A stretch of 64,000 nt of DNA from positions 44,412-108,411 of the forward strand of contig CAWBMV010000030.1 of the NCBI GenBank assembly GCA_963789955.1, written 5' to 3'. Positions within the stretch are counted from its first letter, which is position 1. Every line of letters begins with the position of its first letter. A program made the translations under genes and the position numbers. Under the pieces are notes generated by a model. It had not been told where the DNA came from and did no database searches. It saw nothing but the letters and a program-made list of their open reading frames with translations. This DNA is from an uncultured Candidatus Rokubacteria bacterium. Lineage in GTDB: Bacteria > Methylomirabilota > Methylomirabilia > Rokubacteriales > CSP1-6. Positions 42,902-53,083 of the stretch are shown here, one piece after another.

Positions 42902-44590
42902 ATGGACCCCGCTACAATAAAGATCCGTCGGCTTCCGGACCACCTCGTCAACAAGATCGCCGCGGGAGAGGTTGTCGAGCGCCCGGCCTCCGCGGTGAAG
43001 GAGCTGGTCGAGAACGCGCTCGACGCCGGCGCGCTGACGGTGACGGTCGACCTGCGTGACGGCGGGACCGCGCTCATCCGGGTGACCGACGACGGGATCG
43101 GCATGACGGCCGACGAGCTGCCGCTGGCCCTCGAGCGTCACGCGACGTCCAAGCTCGCCCGCGACGAGGACCTCGACGCCATCGCCACGCTCGGGTTCCG
43201 CGGCGAGGCCCTGGCCGCGATCTGCGCCGTCTCGCGCTTCATGCTGACGAGCTGCCCGCGCGGCGCCTCGCACGGGCTGCGTCTGGCCGGCGAAGGCGGC
43301 ACGGTCAAGCAGCACCTTGAAGTGCCGGCCGACTCCGGCACCAGCGTCGAGGTGCGGGACCTCTTCTTCAATACGCCGGCGCGGCTGAAGTTCTTGAAGT
43401 CGTCGGCGACGGAGCTGTCGGCGAGCCTCCGCGCGCTGACTCAGCTGGCGCTGGCGCATCCCGGAACGCATCTGCGCGTGGCCAACAACGGGCGCGCCGT
43501 CCTGACGGCGCCCGCGGCGACCGAGCCGCGCCCGCGCGTCGGCGCCTTGTGGGGCCACGACGTCGCCGAGCGTCTGCTGGCTGTCGACCGGACCGAGCAC
43601 GGCGTGCGCGTGCGTGGGCTGATCAGCCCGCCGGATCTTGCCCGCGGCAATCGCGATCAGATCGTCCTGATCGTGAACGGCCGGCCGGTACGCGATCCGG
43701 CGCTGCTGCAGGCGACGCTCGACGCGTATCGGCCGCTGCTGCCGCGCGACCGGTTCCCGGTGGCGCTGCTCGCGATCACCTTGTCGGAGACGGACGTGGA
43801 CGTCAACGTCCATCCGACGAAGGCGTGGGTGCGGTTCCGCCATCCCCGGCTCATCTACGAGATGGTGGCGGCGGCCACGCTCGGAGGTCTCCGCCGTCCG
43901 GCCGTGATTCCCGACGTGGGCGTACGCGGGGGCGACGGTGGTCTCGATCAGCCGGCGCCCGGCGGCGTCGCCGAGCAGACGGCGCTCTTCGGCGTGACGG
44001 CCGCGCTCGAGCCGCGAGCCCTCTTCGGGCGCGTCCTCGGCCAGGTGCAGGACACGTTCGTCGTTTCGACCTCCGACCAGGAGGTGTTCTTCCTCGATCA
44101 GCACGTCGCCCACGAGCGCGTGCTGTTCGAGCGCCTGCAGCACGAGCTCCGGGAAGGCACACAAGCCGCCCAGACGTTGCTCTTCGCGGAGCCGCTCGAG
44201 CTGCCGCCGGCCTCCTGCGCGTTGCTCGAGCGCTGGCGCGGGCCGCTCGAGCGCCTCGGCTTCGCGTTCGAGGGGCTCGGCACCGCCACGATCGTCGTGC
44301 GCGCGGTCCCGGCGCTCCTCAAGGGCAACGAGCCGAAGCGGTTGATCGAGGCCGCCGTGGACGAGTTCGGCGGGCCCGGCGCCGGAGAGCCCACGCTCGA
44401 CCGGGCGCTCGCGTTCGTGGCGTGCCGGGCCGCGGTGAAGGCGAACATGCCGCTCGCGCGCGAGGAGATGGAGCGTCTCGTGGCCGAGCTGTCCTCGACG
44501 GAGACGCCGTACTTCTGCCCGCACGGGCGGCCCATCGTCAGCCGCGTGTCGCTTCACGATATTCGGCGGGAGCTCAAGCGCACGTGGTAG
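42902..44590 (+). CDS. mutL: DNA mismatch repair protein MutL (endonuclease type)
   Basis: IAAGEVVERP, GFRGEAL, DVNVHP, DQHVAHER, ACRAA, CPHGRP. Confidence 0.96.
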   Translation: MDPATIKIRRLPDHLVNKIAAGEVVERPASAVKELVENALDAGALTVTVDLRDGGTALIRVTDDGIGMTADELPLALERHATSKLARDEDLDAIATLGFRGEALAAICAVSRFMLTSCPRGASHGLRLAGEGGTVKQHLEVPADSGTSVEVRDLFFNTPARLKFLKSSATELSASLRALTQLALAHPGTHLRVANNGRAVLTAPAATEPRPRVGALWGHDVAERLLAVDRTEHGVRVRGLISPPDLARGNRDQIVLIVNGRPVRDPALLQATLDAYRPLLPRDRFPVALLAITLSETDVDVNVHPTKAWVRFRHPRLIYEMVAAATLGGLRRPAVIPDVGVRGGDGGLDQPAPGGVAEQTALFGVTAALEPRALFGRVLGQVQDTFVVSTSDQEVFFLDQHVAHERVLFERLQHELREGTQAAQTLLFAEPLELPPASCALLERWRGPLERLGFAFEGLGTATIVVRAVPALLKGNEPKRLIEAAVDEFGGPGAGEPTLDRALAFVACRAAVKANMPLAREEMERLVAELSSTETPYFCPHGRPIVSRVSLHDIRRELKRTW

Positions 44591-44605
44591 CCGTTGCGCT
44601 GGAGG

Positions 44606-44763
44606 CGGACAGGTGTCGGGGGCCGCGGCGGCACGGGGGCATCCGAGCGGCTGCGTCACCCACTCGCCCGATTCGCAGCTCTTCGCGCTGCGGGCGGGAC
44701 GAGGGGGTCCCACTTCGCCGATCGCATACCCCCCGCACCACCGCGGCCCCCGCCACCTGTCCG
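44606..44763. repeat. Long imperfect palindrome / rod-like stem-loop
   Basis: 44606-44646 is near reverse-complementary to 44722-44763; nested inner stems. Confidence 0.85.
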
Positions 44764-44835
44764 ATCGCCGTCGACGTTTTTCGGTCGGAATGGCGGGCGG
44801 AGTCCGCCGGAAAACGGGCTGATACACTGAGGTTG

Positions 44836-45784
44836 GTGAGCGAGGGCGTGAAGGTTCCCCTGGTCGTGATCGTCGGGCCCACCGGGGTAGGGAAGACCGC
44901 GGTGGCGGCGGCGCTGGCGAAGCGGGTCGCGATCGAGGTCGTGAGCGCGGACTCGCGTCAGGTCTATCGCGGGATGGACGTGGCGACCGGCAAGCCGAGC
45001 GCCGAGATTCGGCGGCAGGTCGCTCATCATCTCGTCGACGTGGTCGATCCCGACGACCGCTACCAGGCCGCTCGTTTCCGCGTCGACGCCGCGGCGGCGA
45101 TCGATGCGATTCACGCCCGCGGGCATCTGCCGGTCGTCGTCGGGGGGACGGGCCTCTACGTCCGGGCGCTCCTGCGCGGGCTCGACCCGGCGCCGCCGGC
45201 CGACCCCGAATTCCGCCGTGAGCTCGCGTCGATCGCGGCCGCCGAGGGTCGCGCTGTCGCTCCACGCGCGGCTGAATCTGGCGGCGCCCGCCGTCGCGCG
45301 GCGACTGCACCCCAATGACCACGTGCGGGTCATGCGCGCGCTCGAGCTGGCCCGCGCGGGCGCCCACACGCTCGAGCAGGAACGGTGGCGCGACCCGGTC
45401 GAATCGTACGACGTGACCTACTTCGGTCTCACGATGGATCGCGAAGCGTTGACCCGGCGTCTGGCGTCGCGGGCGGCGTCCTTCGTCGAAGCCGGTCTGC
45501 GCGCCGAGGTCGAGCGCCTGCTGGCGCGCGGGTACGATCCGTCGCTGCCGTCCTTGCAGTCGATCGGGTATCGCGAGTTCGTCCGCGTCGTGCGCGGCGG
45601 GCTCGACCCGGCCGAGGCGCTGCGGCTCATGCAGCGCGATACCGCGCGCTACGCCAAGCGTCAGTGGACCTGGTTCGCGCGCGAGCCGGGTATCGAGTGG
45701 ATCGACGTGGAGAAGGCCGGCGGCGCCGAGGACACGGCCGACGTGATCGCATCGGCGCTGGCACGGGGAGGCGTGCGCGGATGA
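44836..45784 (+). CDS. miaA: tRNA dimethylallyltransferase (apparent +1 frameshift ~45250)
   Basis: [39 protein letters not shown] in the next frame; start 44836 or 44848. Confidence 0.92.
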
Positions 45785-47076
45785 AGCGCGGCGCGACCAG
45801 TACTCGGAGCGCGCGGGAGCGCGCGGTGATCGGCGCGCTGCGCCGACCCTCGCAGCGTCGGTTCCAGGTCGACGAGTCGCTGGAGGAGCTGGCGGGTCTG
45901 GTCACGGCGGCCGGCGGCACCGTCGTCGGACGGATCACGCAGGAGCGGGCCGCGCCGGCGCCCGGGCTCTTCTTCGGACGCGGCAAGATCGACGAGATCG
46001 GGCAAACGGCGCGCGACGCGTCCGCCGTGCTGTTCGTCTCCGACGACCCGCTCTCGCCGATCCAGGAGCGCAACATCTCGCAGGCGCTCGGCATCAAGGT
46101 GATCGACCGGACGGCGCTGATCCTCGACATCTTCGCCCAGCGCGCGCGTACGAGCGAGGGCAAGCTCCAGGTCGAGCTCGCGCAGCTCACCTATCTCTTG
46201 CCGCGGCTGGTCGGTCAGTGGACGCACCTCGAGCGTCTCGGCGGCGGCATCGGCACACGGGGACCGGGCGAGACCCAGCTCGAGTCCGACCGTCGCGTCA
46301 TCCGGAGAAAGGTGATGCAGATTCGCCGGCAGCTCGACGGCGTGCAGGTGCATCGGCGTCTGCAGCGCCAGGGCCGCCGCCGATCCGGCGTGCCCGTCGT
46401 CGCGCTCGTCGGCTACACGAACGCCGGCAAGACGACCCTGCTGAACCGGCTCGCGGGCTCTCAGCTCACGGCGGCCGATCAGCTGTTCGTGACCCTCGAT
46501 CCGGCCGCGCGCCTGGTGCATCCGGAAGGCGGCCGGCGCTTCGTCCTGACCGACACCGTCGGATTCATCCGCAAGCTCCCGCACGAGCTCGTCGCGGCGT
46601 TTCGCGCGACGCTCGAGGAGCTGGCCGACGCCGACGTCCTGCTGCACGTCGTGGACGCGAGCCATCCGGCGATCGACGACCACAAGCAGGCCGTCGACGA
46701 TCTCCTGGGCGAGCTCGGCGTCGCCGATCGCCCGACCATTCTGGTGATGAACAAGATCGACCGGCTCGACATCGACCCGGGGGTCATGGCCGCGCGGAGC
46801 GAGGCGATCGCGATCTCGGCCGCCGATGGAACCGGGATCGACGCGCTGCTGGCGGCGATCGAGCGGTCGCTGCCTCCGGTCGGAAGCCTGACCTTGAGGA
46901 TTCCCCACGGTGAGGGCGCCCCGCTGGCGCTCTGCTACGAGCGTGGCCGCGTGCTGGCGCGCCGCGATACGCCGGGGCACGTCGAGCTCGATGTCGACCT
47001 TCCGGTCGGCCTCCTGAGGGCGCTGGCGCGCTATCGAGTCACCGACTCTGGGCCCGCCGCCGGAATGATAGACTGA
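45781..47076 (+). CDS. hflX: GTPase HflX
   Basis: ILDIFAQRA, GGGIGTRGPGETQLE, GYTNAGKT, DTVGFI, NKID. Confidence 0.95.
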   Translation: MKRGATSTRSARERAVIGALRRPSQRRFQVDESLEELAGLVTAAGGTVVGRITQERAAPAPGLFFGRGKIDEIGQTARDASAVLFVSDDPLSPIQERNISQALGIKVIDRTALILDIFAQRARTSEGKLQVELAQLTYLLPRLVGQWTHLERLGGGIGTRGPGETQLESDRRVIRRKVMQIRRQLDGVQVHRRLQRQGRRRSGVPVVALVGYTNAGKTTLLNRLAGSQLTAADQLFVTLDPAARLVHPEGGRRFVLTDTVGFIRKLPHELVAAFRATLEELADADVLLHVVDASHPAIDDHKQAVDDLLGELGVADRPTILVMNKIDRLDIDPGVMAARSEAIAISAADGTGIDALLAAIERSLPPVGSLTLRIPHGEGAPLALCYERGRVLARRDTPGHVELDVDLPVGLLRALARYRVTDSGPAAGMID

Positions 47077-47084
47077 ACAGCCCC

Positions 47085-47657
47085 ATGGGACTCGCGAACT
47101 GGCTGACTCTGCTCCGGATCCTCCTGATTCCGGTATTCGTCTCACTCCTCGTCTACCGGCGGCCGGGTCCGGCCCTGATCGTCTTCGGCCTTGCCGCGCT
47201 GACCGACCTCCTGGACGGCTGGGCGGCGCGTCATTGGAAGGACGAGAGCTCGCTGGGCGCGTTCCTCGATCCGATGGCCGACAAGCTCCTGCTGACGGCG
47301 TCGTTCGTCACCTTGACCTATCTCAAGGTCTTGCCGTTCTGGATCGCGGCGGTCGTGATCAGTCGCGACGTGATCCTGGTCCTCGGCGCGCTGCTGATCT
47401 ACATGCTGGGCAGCCGGATCCGGCCGCGCCCGACGTGGGCGGGGAAGGCGGCGACGTTCTTTCAGGTCCTCGTGGTGCTGAGCGGCCTGCTCGCGCGTGT
47501 CTTCCAGGTGCAGCTCCCGCTCTGGTCGGTGCTCTGGCTCGCGGCGGCGTTCACGGTGATCTCAGGACTTCAGTACATCTTCCAGGGCATGCGGTTCCTC
47601 AACGCCTCTCCCGCGGCCCAGCGAGAGGACTCTCCTGAAAACGCCCTGTTCCGCTGA
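47085..47657 (+). CDS. pgsA: CDP-alcohol phosphatidyltransferase (PgsA-like)
   Basis: NWLTLLRI, TDLLDGWAAR, GAFLDPMADK. Confidence 0.82.
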   Translation: MGLANWLTLLRILLIPVFVSLLVYRRPGPALIVFGLAALTDLLDGWAARHWKDESSLGAFLDPMADKLLLTASFVTLTYLKVLPFWIAAVVISRDVILVLGALLIYMLGSRIRPRPTWAGKAATFFQVLVVLSGLLARVFQVQLPLWSVLWLAAAFTVISGLQYIFQGMRFLNASPAAQREDSPENALFR

Positions 47658-47667
47658 GCCGGCGGGC

Positions 47668-48961
47668 GTGACCGTGGCCGCGGTCGCGCCCCGGACGCCG
47701 GCCGCGGGGGCGGGTCTGGCGCGCGGCGATCGGATCGTCGCGGTCAACGGCCACCCGCTTCGCGACGCGATCGACTTCCAGTTTCACGCCGGAGACGAGC
47801 GGCTCGAGCTGACCGTCGAGCGCGACGGCGTCACCGCGACGAAGCGGCTGCGTCGCCACGGGCCGGGCCTCGGGCTCGAGCTGGCGCCGCCGCGCCCGGG
47901 CGACATCGCGACGTGCGCGAACAAGTGCGTGTTCTGCTTCATTCATCAGCTCCCGAAGGGCATGCGCAAGAGTCTCTACGTGAAGGACGACGACTTCCGA
48001 CTCTCGTTCCTGCACGGCAACTACATCACGCTCAGCGACCTCGACGAGGCCTCGTTCGAGCGCATCATCGAGCAGCGCCTGTCGCCGCTCTATATCTCGG
48101 TGCACGCGACCGATCCGGAGCTCCGCTACGCGCTGCTCGGCCGGCCGCGGCACTCGGCCGAGATCCTGCCGCGGCTCGAGCGGCTGGCCAAGGCCGGCAT
48201 CCGGATGCACGCGCAGATCGTGCTGTGTCCCGACCTGAACGACGGCACGCACCTCGAGCGCACTGTCTTCGAGCTGGCTCCGCTTCACCCGCACGTCGCG
48301 ACGACCGCGATCGTCCCGGTCGGGCTGACCCGCCATCGCGAGCGGCTTCCCGCGCTGCGTAGCCTCACCCCTGACGAGGCGCGCGCGCTCGTGGCGACGG
48401 TCGACCAGTGGCAGAGCCGGTGGCTCGCGGATCTGGGCAGCCGGTTCGTGTTTCTGGCCGACGAGATCTACCTGCTCGCGGGCATGCCGCTGCCACCCGC
48501 CGCGGCGTACGAAGGCTTCGCGATCGCCGAAGACGGCATCGGCCTCGTGCGCCAGGTTCGAGGACGGCTTCCACCGTTCCGTCGCCAGGCGAACGCGCGT
48601 CGCGCGCGCCGGCGCGCTGACGGTCGTGACCGGCGAGATGTTCGCGCCGCGGCTTCGCGCCTTGCTCGCCGCCGGCGGATGCGATCCGGCGACGATTCGC
48701 GTCGCGGCGGTGCCCAACGACTTTTTCGGTCCAGCGATCGGTGTGGCGGGCCTGCTGACCGGGCGCGACATCCAGCGCCATCTGGCGGCGCAGCCCGACC
48801 TCGGCCGCGCGGTGCTGGTGCCGGCGGTGGCGGTGCGCGACGGTGACGGGATCTTCCTCGACGATCTGACGCCGGCCGACCTGGCGCGAGACCTCGGCGT
48901 GCCCGTCAGGGTGATCCAGCCGACACCGAGCGCCCTGCTCAACGCGATCCGCGATTCCTGA
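47668..48961 (+). CDS. PDZ + radical SAM-like DUF512 protein (apparent +1 frameshift ~48554)
   Basis: CANKCVFC, KDDDFRLSFLHGNY, FLADE; NDFFG...VAGLLTGRD...FLDD in the next frame. Confidence 0.82.
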
Positions 48962-48977
48962 CAGGGGAGCGACCCGG

Positions 48978-50324
48978 ATGATCCGTCCGATCATCGCGAT
49001 CGTCGGGCGCCCGAACGTCGGCAAGTCGACGCTCTTCAACCGTCTCGTCGGCAGGCGTCAGGCGCTCGTCCGTGATACGCCCGGGGTGACGCGCGATCGG
49101 CTCTACGGCCGCGTCAGCTTCGAACGGTGGCAGGCGACCGTGATCGACACCGGCGGCTTCGATCCCTCGTCGGAAGAGCCGCTGATCGAGGGCGTGCGTC
49201 GTCAGGTGCTCGCCGCGGTCGAGGAGGCGGATCTCGTCGTATTCGTCGTCGACACGCGGGTCGGTCCCACCGCGCTCGACATCGAGATCGCGCGGATCCT
49301 CCGGCGCGGCGGGCGTGCCGTCGTGCTGGCGGCGAACAAGGTCGACGCCGCCGCCCAGGAGGGCGCCATGGCGGATCTCTACCGCCTGGGCTTCGGCGAT
49401 CCCATCCCGGTCTCGGCCGAGCACGGGCGCGGCGTCGCCGAGCTTCTCGAGATGCTGCGCGAGCGCTGCCCGGCGCCCGCGGCGCCTGCGTCGCGGACCG
49501 AGACCACGGTGCACGTCGCGGTCGTGGGGCGCCCCAACGTCGGCAAGTCGTCGCTCGTGAACGCGATGGTCGGCGCCGAGCGCGTGCTCGTCCACGCGGA
49601 GCCCGGCACGACTCGCGACGCCGTCGACACGACCCTCGTTTACGAGGGGCGCACCTACGTGCTGGTCGACACCGCCGGGATCCGGCGCAAGGGTCGAGTT
49701 CTGGAGGCGCTCGAGAAGCTCGCCGTCGTCATGGCGCTCAAGAGCCTCGAACGGTGCCAGGTGGCGCTGGTGGTCGTCGACGCCTCCGAGGGCATCGCCT
49801 CGCAGGACGCGCACATCGCCGGGTACGCCAACGACGCGGGCCGTGCCGCCGTCATCGTCGTCAACAAATGGGATCTCGTGCCCGGCGGAATGGTCCGAAG
49901 GGCCGAGGTCGTCGAGCAGATCCGTGATCGGCTCCCGTTCCTGGACTACGCGCCCGTGTGCTTCACGTCGGCGACGAAGCCAGAGGGCATTCCCGAGCTG
50001 TTCGACACGATCGCGCAGGTCGCGGCGGAAGCGCGGCGCCGCATTCCCGCCGGCGCCGTCACGGAGGCCTTGCGCGCCGCGGTCGCCCGCCGCCCGGCGT
50101 CGCTCCGGGGCGATCCGCTGACGATCCAGTCCGCGTCGCAGGTCGCCATCGAGCCCCCGACCTTCGCGCTGCGCGTGAACCGGCCGAACGACATCCACTT
50201 CTCCTACGAGCGCTACCTGGTGAAGTCGCTCCGGCACGCGTTCGGGCTCGCGGGCTCACCGATCCGGCTCTCGTTGAGGAAAGCGACGGGCTCGAGGACC
50301 CGCGCGAGGCGAGTGCGGCGGTGA
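48978..50324 (+). CDS. der: Ribosome biogenesis GTPase Der
   Basis: Two G domains (GRPNVGKS x2, DTGG/DTAG, NKVD/NKWD). Confidence 0.95.
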   Translation: MIRPIIAIVGRPNVGKSTLFNRLVGRRQALVRDTPGVTRDRLYGRVSFERWQATVIDTGGFDPSSEEPLIEGVRRQVLAAVEEADLVVFVVDTRVGPTALDIEIARILRRGGRAVVLAANKVDAAAQEGAMADLYRLGFGDPIPVSAEHGRGVAELLEMLRERCPAPAAPASRTETTVHVAVVGRPNVGKSSLVNAMVGAERVLVHAEPGTTRDAVDTTLVYEGRTYVLVDTAGIRRKGRVLEALEKLAVVMALKSLERCQVALVVVDASEGIASQDAHIAGYANDAGRAAVIVVNKWDLVPGGMVRRAEVVEQIRDRLPFLDYAPVCFTSATKPEGIPELFDTIAQVAAEARRRIPAGAVTEALRAAVARRPASLRGDPLTIQSASQVAIEPPTFALRVNRPNDIHFSYERYLVKSLRHAFGLAGSPIRLSLRKATGSRTRARRVRR

Positions 50325-51210
50325 GCCTCAAGGACTTGTGGGCGCGCCTCGGCCTCTGGCGCCTCTGCGTGGTCCTCGTCGTCCTGGCCGGCGCGATAGC
50401 CGTGCTGACGGTCCCGCGCCTTCGCGCCTTCTACTTCGGACCGGGGGGGCGGCCCGGCGTGGCCGTCGCGCGCGTCGTGACGCAGGCCGCCGCGACCACG
50501 ACCCCTACCGACGCGACGGGCAGGAAGACGGGACAGCGGCCGGTCCTCCCAGACGCCGATGGGCGAATCCGCGTCCGGGTCAGCGACCGGACGCCGCAGC
50601 GTCTGCCGGCCGACGGGGTTCCCGGTGGGGTGGACGGCCAAGGAGTTCGTGGGCCAGGCCTCAGTCGAGCTCGTGCGGGACGAGGCCCGCCTGGCGCTCA
50701 GGCTCCGGAGCGAGCACTCGTCCTTCGCCCTCTATCGCGATGTCGTGGTCGACCTCAACGAGTTCCCGTTTCTCTCGTGGGCCTGGAAGGTCGTCCGCCT
50801 GCCGGCCGAGGGTGACGTGCGGGAGCGCGCCACTGACGACCAGGCGGCGCAGGTCTACGTGATCTTCCCGCGCTGGCCCTGGCCAGCTGAAGAGCAGCGA
50901 CGTGATCGGCTACGTCTGGGACAGCCGGGCGCCGGTCGGCACGCAGCTCACGAGCACCAAGGCCGCCAACGTGAAGATCATCGTGGTGGCGTCGGGGCGG
51001 CGGGAGGCCGAGACCTGGCGTGTGGAGCAGCGCGACGTCGCCAAGGACTACGCGGCCCTCTTCGGTCGCCAGCCCCCCAGGGTCGGTGAGGTCGCCGTCA
51101 TGATCGACACCAACGACACCCGGGGGGTGGCCGAGGCCCTCATCGGCGACCTGGTCTTCGCCCGGACGCGCGCTGAAAGCATGGAAAGCCCAACGTCTAT
51201 GCTAAGATGA
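50321..51210 (+). CDS. DUF3047-like membrane-anchored protein (two apparent +1 frameshifts ~50626 and ~50879)
   Basis: N-terminal TM; LSWAWKV..LP..GD, DDQAAQVYVIF, IGYVWDS, MIDTNDT across three frames. Confidence 0.65.
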
Positions 51211-51215
51211 CGCGC

Positions 51216-52256
51216 ATGGCGGATCCTGAGCGCCCGCGCGACGATCACGAATACGACGACGAGCGCTTCGAAGACGAAGGACGGCGCTCGATTTTTTCGG
51301 CACTGTGGTTCCGTGCGATCCTCGTCGTGATCGTGCTCGGAGTCGTCGCCGCCGTCGCAGTTCCTTACGTACTCGAGATCGCCAATCAGCCCGCGCCGAA
51401 GACCACCGCGCTCGGCAAGCCCGAGATGACGCCGGCGCCCGCACCCGTTGCGCCGCCGACGCCGCCCGTCGCGAGCGCACCGATGGCGCCGCCCGCGCCC
51501 GAGAAATCACCGACGGTGGACAAGCCGTCCGCGATGGACAGACCCGCGACGAGCGAGAGCGCGCCGACGCCGATGACACCGGCGACCGAAAAGCCGACGC
51601 CGGCTCCGAAGAAATCCGAATCGAGCAAGAGCGTCGTCGCAAGCAAGAGCGCGAGCTCGACACCGAAGGAACAGTCGGCGTCGCACGCGCCGCGGACGTC
51701 GGCCGCGCCGAGCCCGACGGGACCGGGCGAGTATTTCGTGCAGGTCGGCGCCTTCAAGAATCCCGATACCGCCAAGAAGGTCGCCGCGCGCCTGCGCGAG
51801 CAGAAGTACAACGTGGAAGAGACGTCGGCGAGCGGCGTCAAGACGGCTCGCGCCGCAGCGCCGAGCGCGCCGCAAGCATCGGGATCGCCGAGCGATCGGT
51901 ACGACGTGTACGTCACCGGCGGCGCGCCCGGCGATATCAACGGGAAGCTCTCGGCCAAAGGGCTCAGCGCCGAGCCGTCGGGCGCGGGCGTGGTCGTGAA
52001 GCCGAGCATGCCGCTGCGCGACGCCGTCGCGCTCTCGAAGGATCTCGCGGTCGACGGACTCAAGGTGCAGGTGCGCCGCGCCGCCGGTGGTCCGGCGCCC
52101 TCGGCGACGACGCCGAGCAGCGCCAGCATGGCGAGCGACGGAACGCTGTATCGCGTGCGCGTCGGTCCGTTCGATGACAAGTCGACCGCGACGTCGACAC
52201 TCCGCGAGCTCGAGCAGAAGGGGTACACGCCCTTCATCGCGCGAGGCGGGCAGTGA
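51216..52256 (+). CDS. Membrane-anchored SPOR-domain protein
   Basis: Single TM, Pro/Ala/Ser-rich linker, YFVQVGAFK and YRVRVGPF SPOR half-repeats; start 51207 or 51216. Confidence 0.8.
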   Translation: MADPERPRDDHEYDDERFEDEGRRSIFSALWFRAILVVIVLGVVAAVAVPYVLEIANQPAPKTTALGKPEMTPAPAPVAPPTPPVASAPMAPPAPEKSPTVDKPSAMDRPATSESAPTPMTPATEKPTPAPKKSESSKSVVASKSASSTPKEQSASHAPRTSAAPSPTGPGEYFVQVGAFKNPDTAKKVAARLREQKYNVEETSASGVKTARAAAPSAPQASGSPSDRYDVYVTGGAPGDINGKLSAKGLSAEPSGAGVVVKPSMPLRDAVALSKDLAVDGLKVQVRRAAGGPAPSATTPSSASMASDGTLYRVRVGPFDDKSTATSTLRELEQKGYTPFIARGGQ

Positions 52257-52261
52257 CCGCC

Positions 52262-52293
52262 GGGGACGCGTGGACGCTCCACGCCGCGTCCCC
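52262..52293 (+). other. GC-rich hairpin immediately upstream of the ihfA RBS
   Basis: GGGGACGCG...CGCGTCCCC stem with inner TGGA/TCCA; GGAGGTGA follows. Confidence 0.55.
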
Positions 52294-52314
52294 AGGGGGA
52301 GGTGACTTCCAACC

Positions 52315-52593
52315 GTGACGAAGAACGATCTGGTCAATGCCGTGGCCAACCACGGACTTTCGAAGCGGCAGTCGTCCTCGGTGGTCGAATCCGTGTTCGA
52401 CATCATCTTCCGCTGCTTCGAGAAGGGCGAGGACGTGAAGATCGTCGGCTTCGGTCATTTCCGCATCCGCCGGAAAGCATCGCGGCGTGGACGGAATCCC
52501 CAGACCGGCGAATCGATCGAGATCACCGCGCGCAAGGTGCTCACCTTCAAGCCAAGTAAGGGGCTCAAACAACGGATCAACGTAACGGCGTGA
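52315..52593 (+). CDS. ihfA: Integration host factor alpha / HU-family protein
   Basis: TKNDLV, VKIVGFGHF, GRNPQTG, VLTFKPS; ihfA-merR-tRNA-Pro synteny. Confidence 0.85.
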   Translation: MTKNDLVNAVANHGLSKRQSSSVVESVFDIIFRCFEKGEDVKIVGFGHFRIRRKASRRGRNPQTGESIEITARKVLTFKPSKGLKQRINVTA

Positions 52594-52943
52594 CCACGGA
52601 AGTCGCCGAAAAGCTCTACTATCGTATCGGTGAGGTGGAGTCGATCACCGGTATCCCTGCCTACGTCCTTCGCTACTGGGAGTCGGAGTTCAAGCTGCTT
52701 CGGCCCAAGAAGAATCCGGCGGGCCAGCGTCTGTATCGCCCGCGCGACCTCGAGCTGGTCCAGCGCATCAAGACGCTGCTGTACGAGGAGCGGCTCACGC
52801 TCGAGGGCGCCAAGAAGCGGCTGATCAGCGAGTCGCGCCGCACCGACCAGCTCGAGCTCGGGATGAAGGAGGCCACGTACGCGGAGACGCTCAAGCGCAT
52901 CCGCGATCGCCTCGGCGTCCTGCGCGCGCGCCTCGGTTCTTGA
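52590..52943 (+). CDS. MerR-family regulator (ihfA-associated)
   Basis: KLYYRIGEV, YVLRYWESEF, GQRLYR, LTLEGAK. Confidence 0.88.
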   Translation: MTTEVAEKLYYRIGEVESITGIPAYVLRYWESEFKLLRPKKNPAGQRLYRPRDLELVQRIKTLLYEERLTLEGAKKRLISESRRTDQLELGMKEATYAETLKRIRDRLGVLRARLGS

Positions 52944-52968
52944 AGGGCCCCGGGATATCTGCGACAAT
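52940..52968 (+). promoter_or_regulatory. Putative promoter of tRNA-Pro(GGG)
   Basis: TTGAAG-N17-GACAAT, 14 nt before the tRNA. Confidence 0.45.
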
Positions 52969-52982
52969 CCACGCCTGAAGGT

Positions 52983-53059
<77 letters not shown>

Positions 53060-53083
53060 TTTCTCTTCGCGCTCACAAGCGTT

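Noticed and set aside
44606..44763. SRP RNA call for the long hairpin
   Set aside because: Lacks the conserved helix-8 motif with a GNRA tetraloop on either strand.
40243..45367. Very long minus-strand ORFs (953 aa, 1048 aa) and many similar antisense or alternate-frame ORFs across the window
   Set aside because: Shadow ORFs of mutS/mutL/miaA etc., caused by high GC and codon bias; Arg/Ala/Pro-rich with no recognisable motifs.
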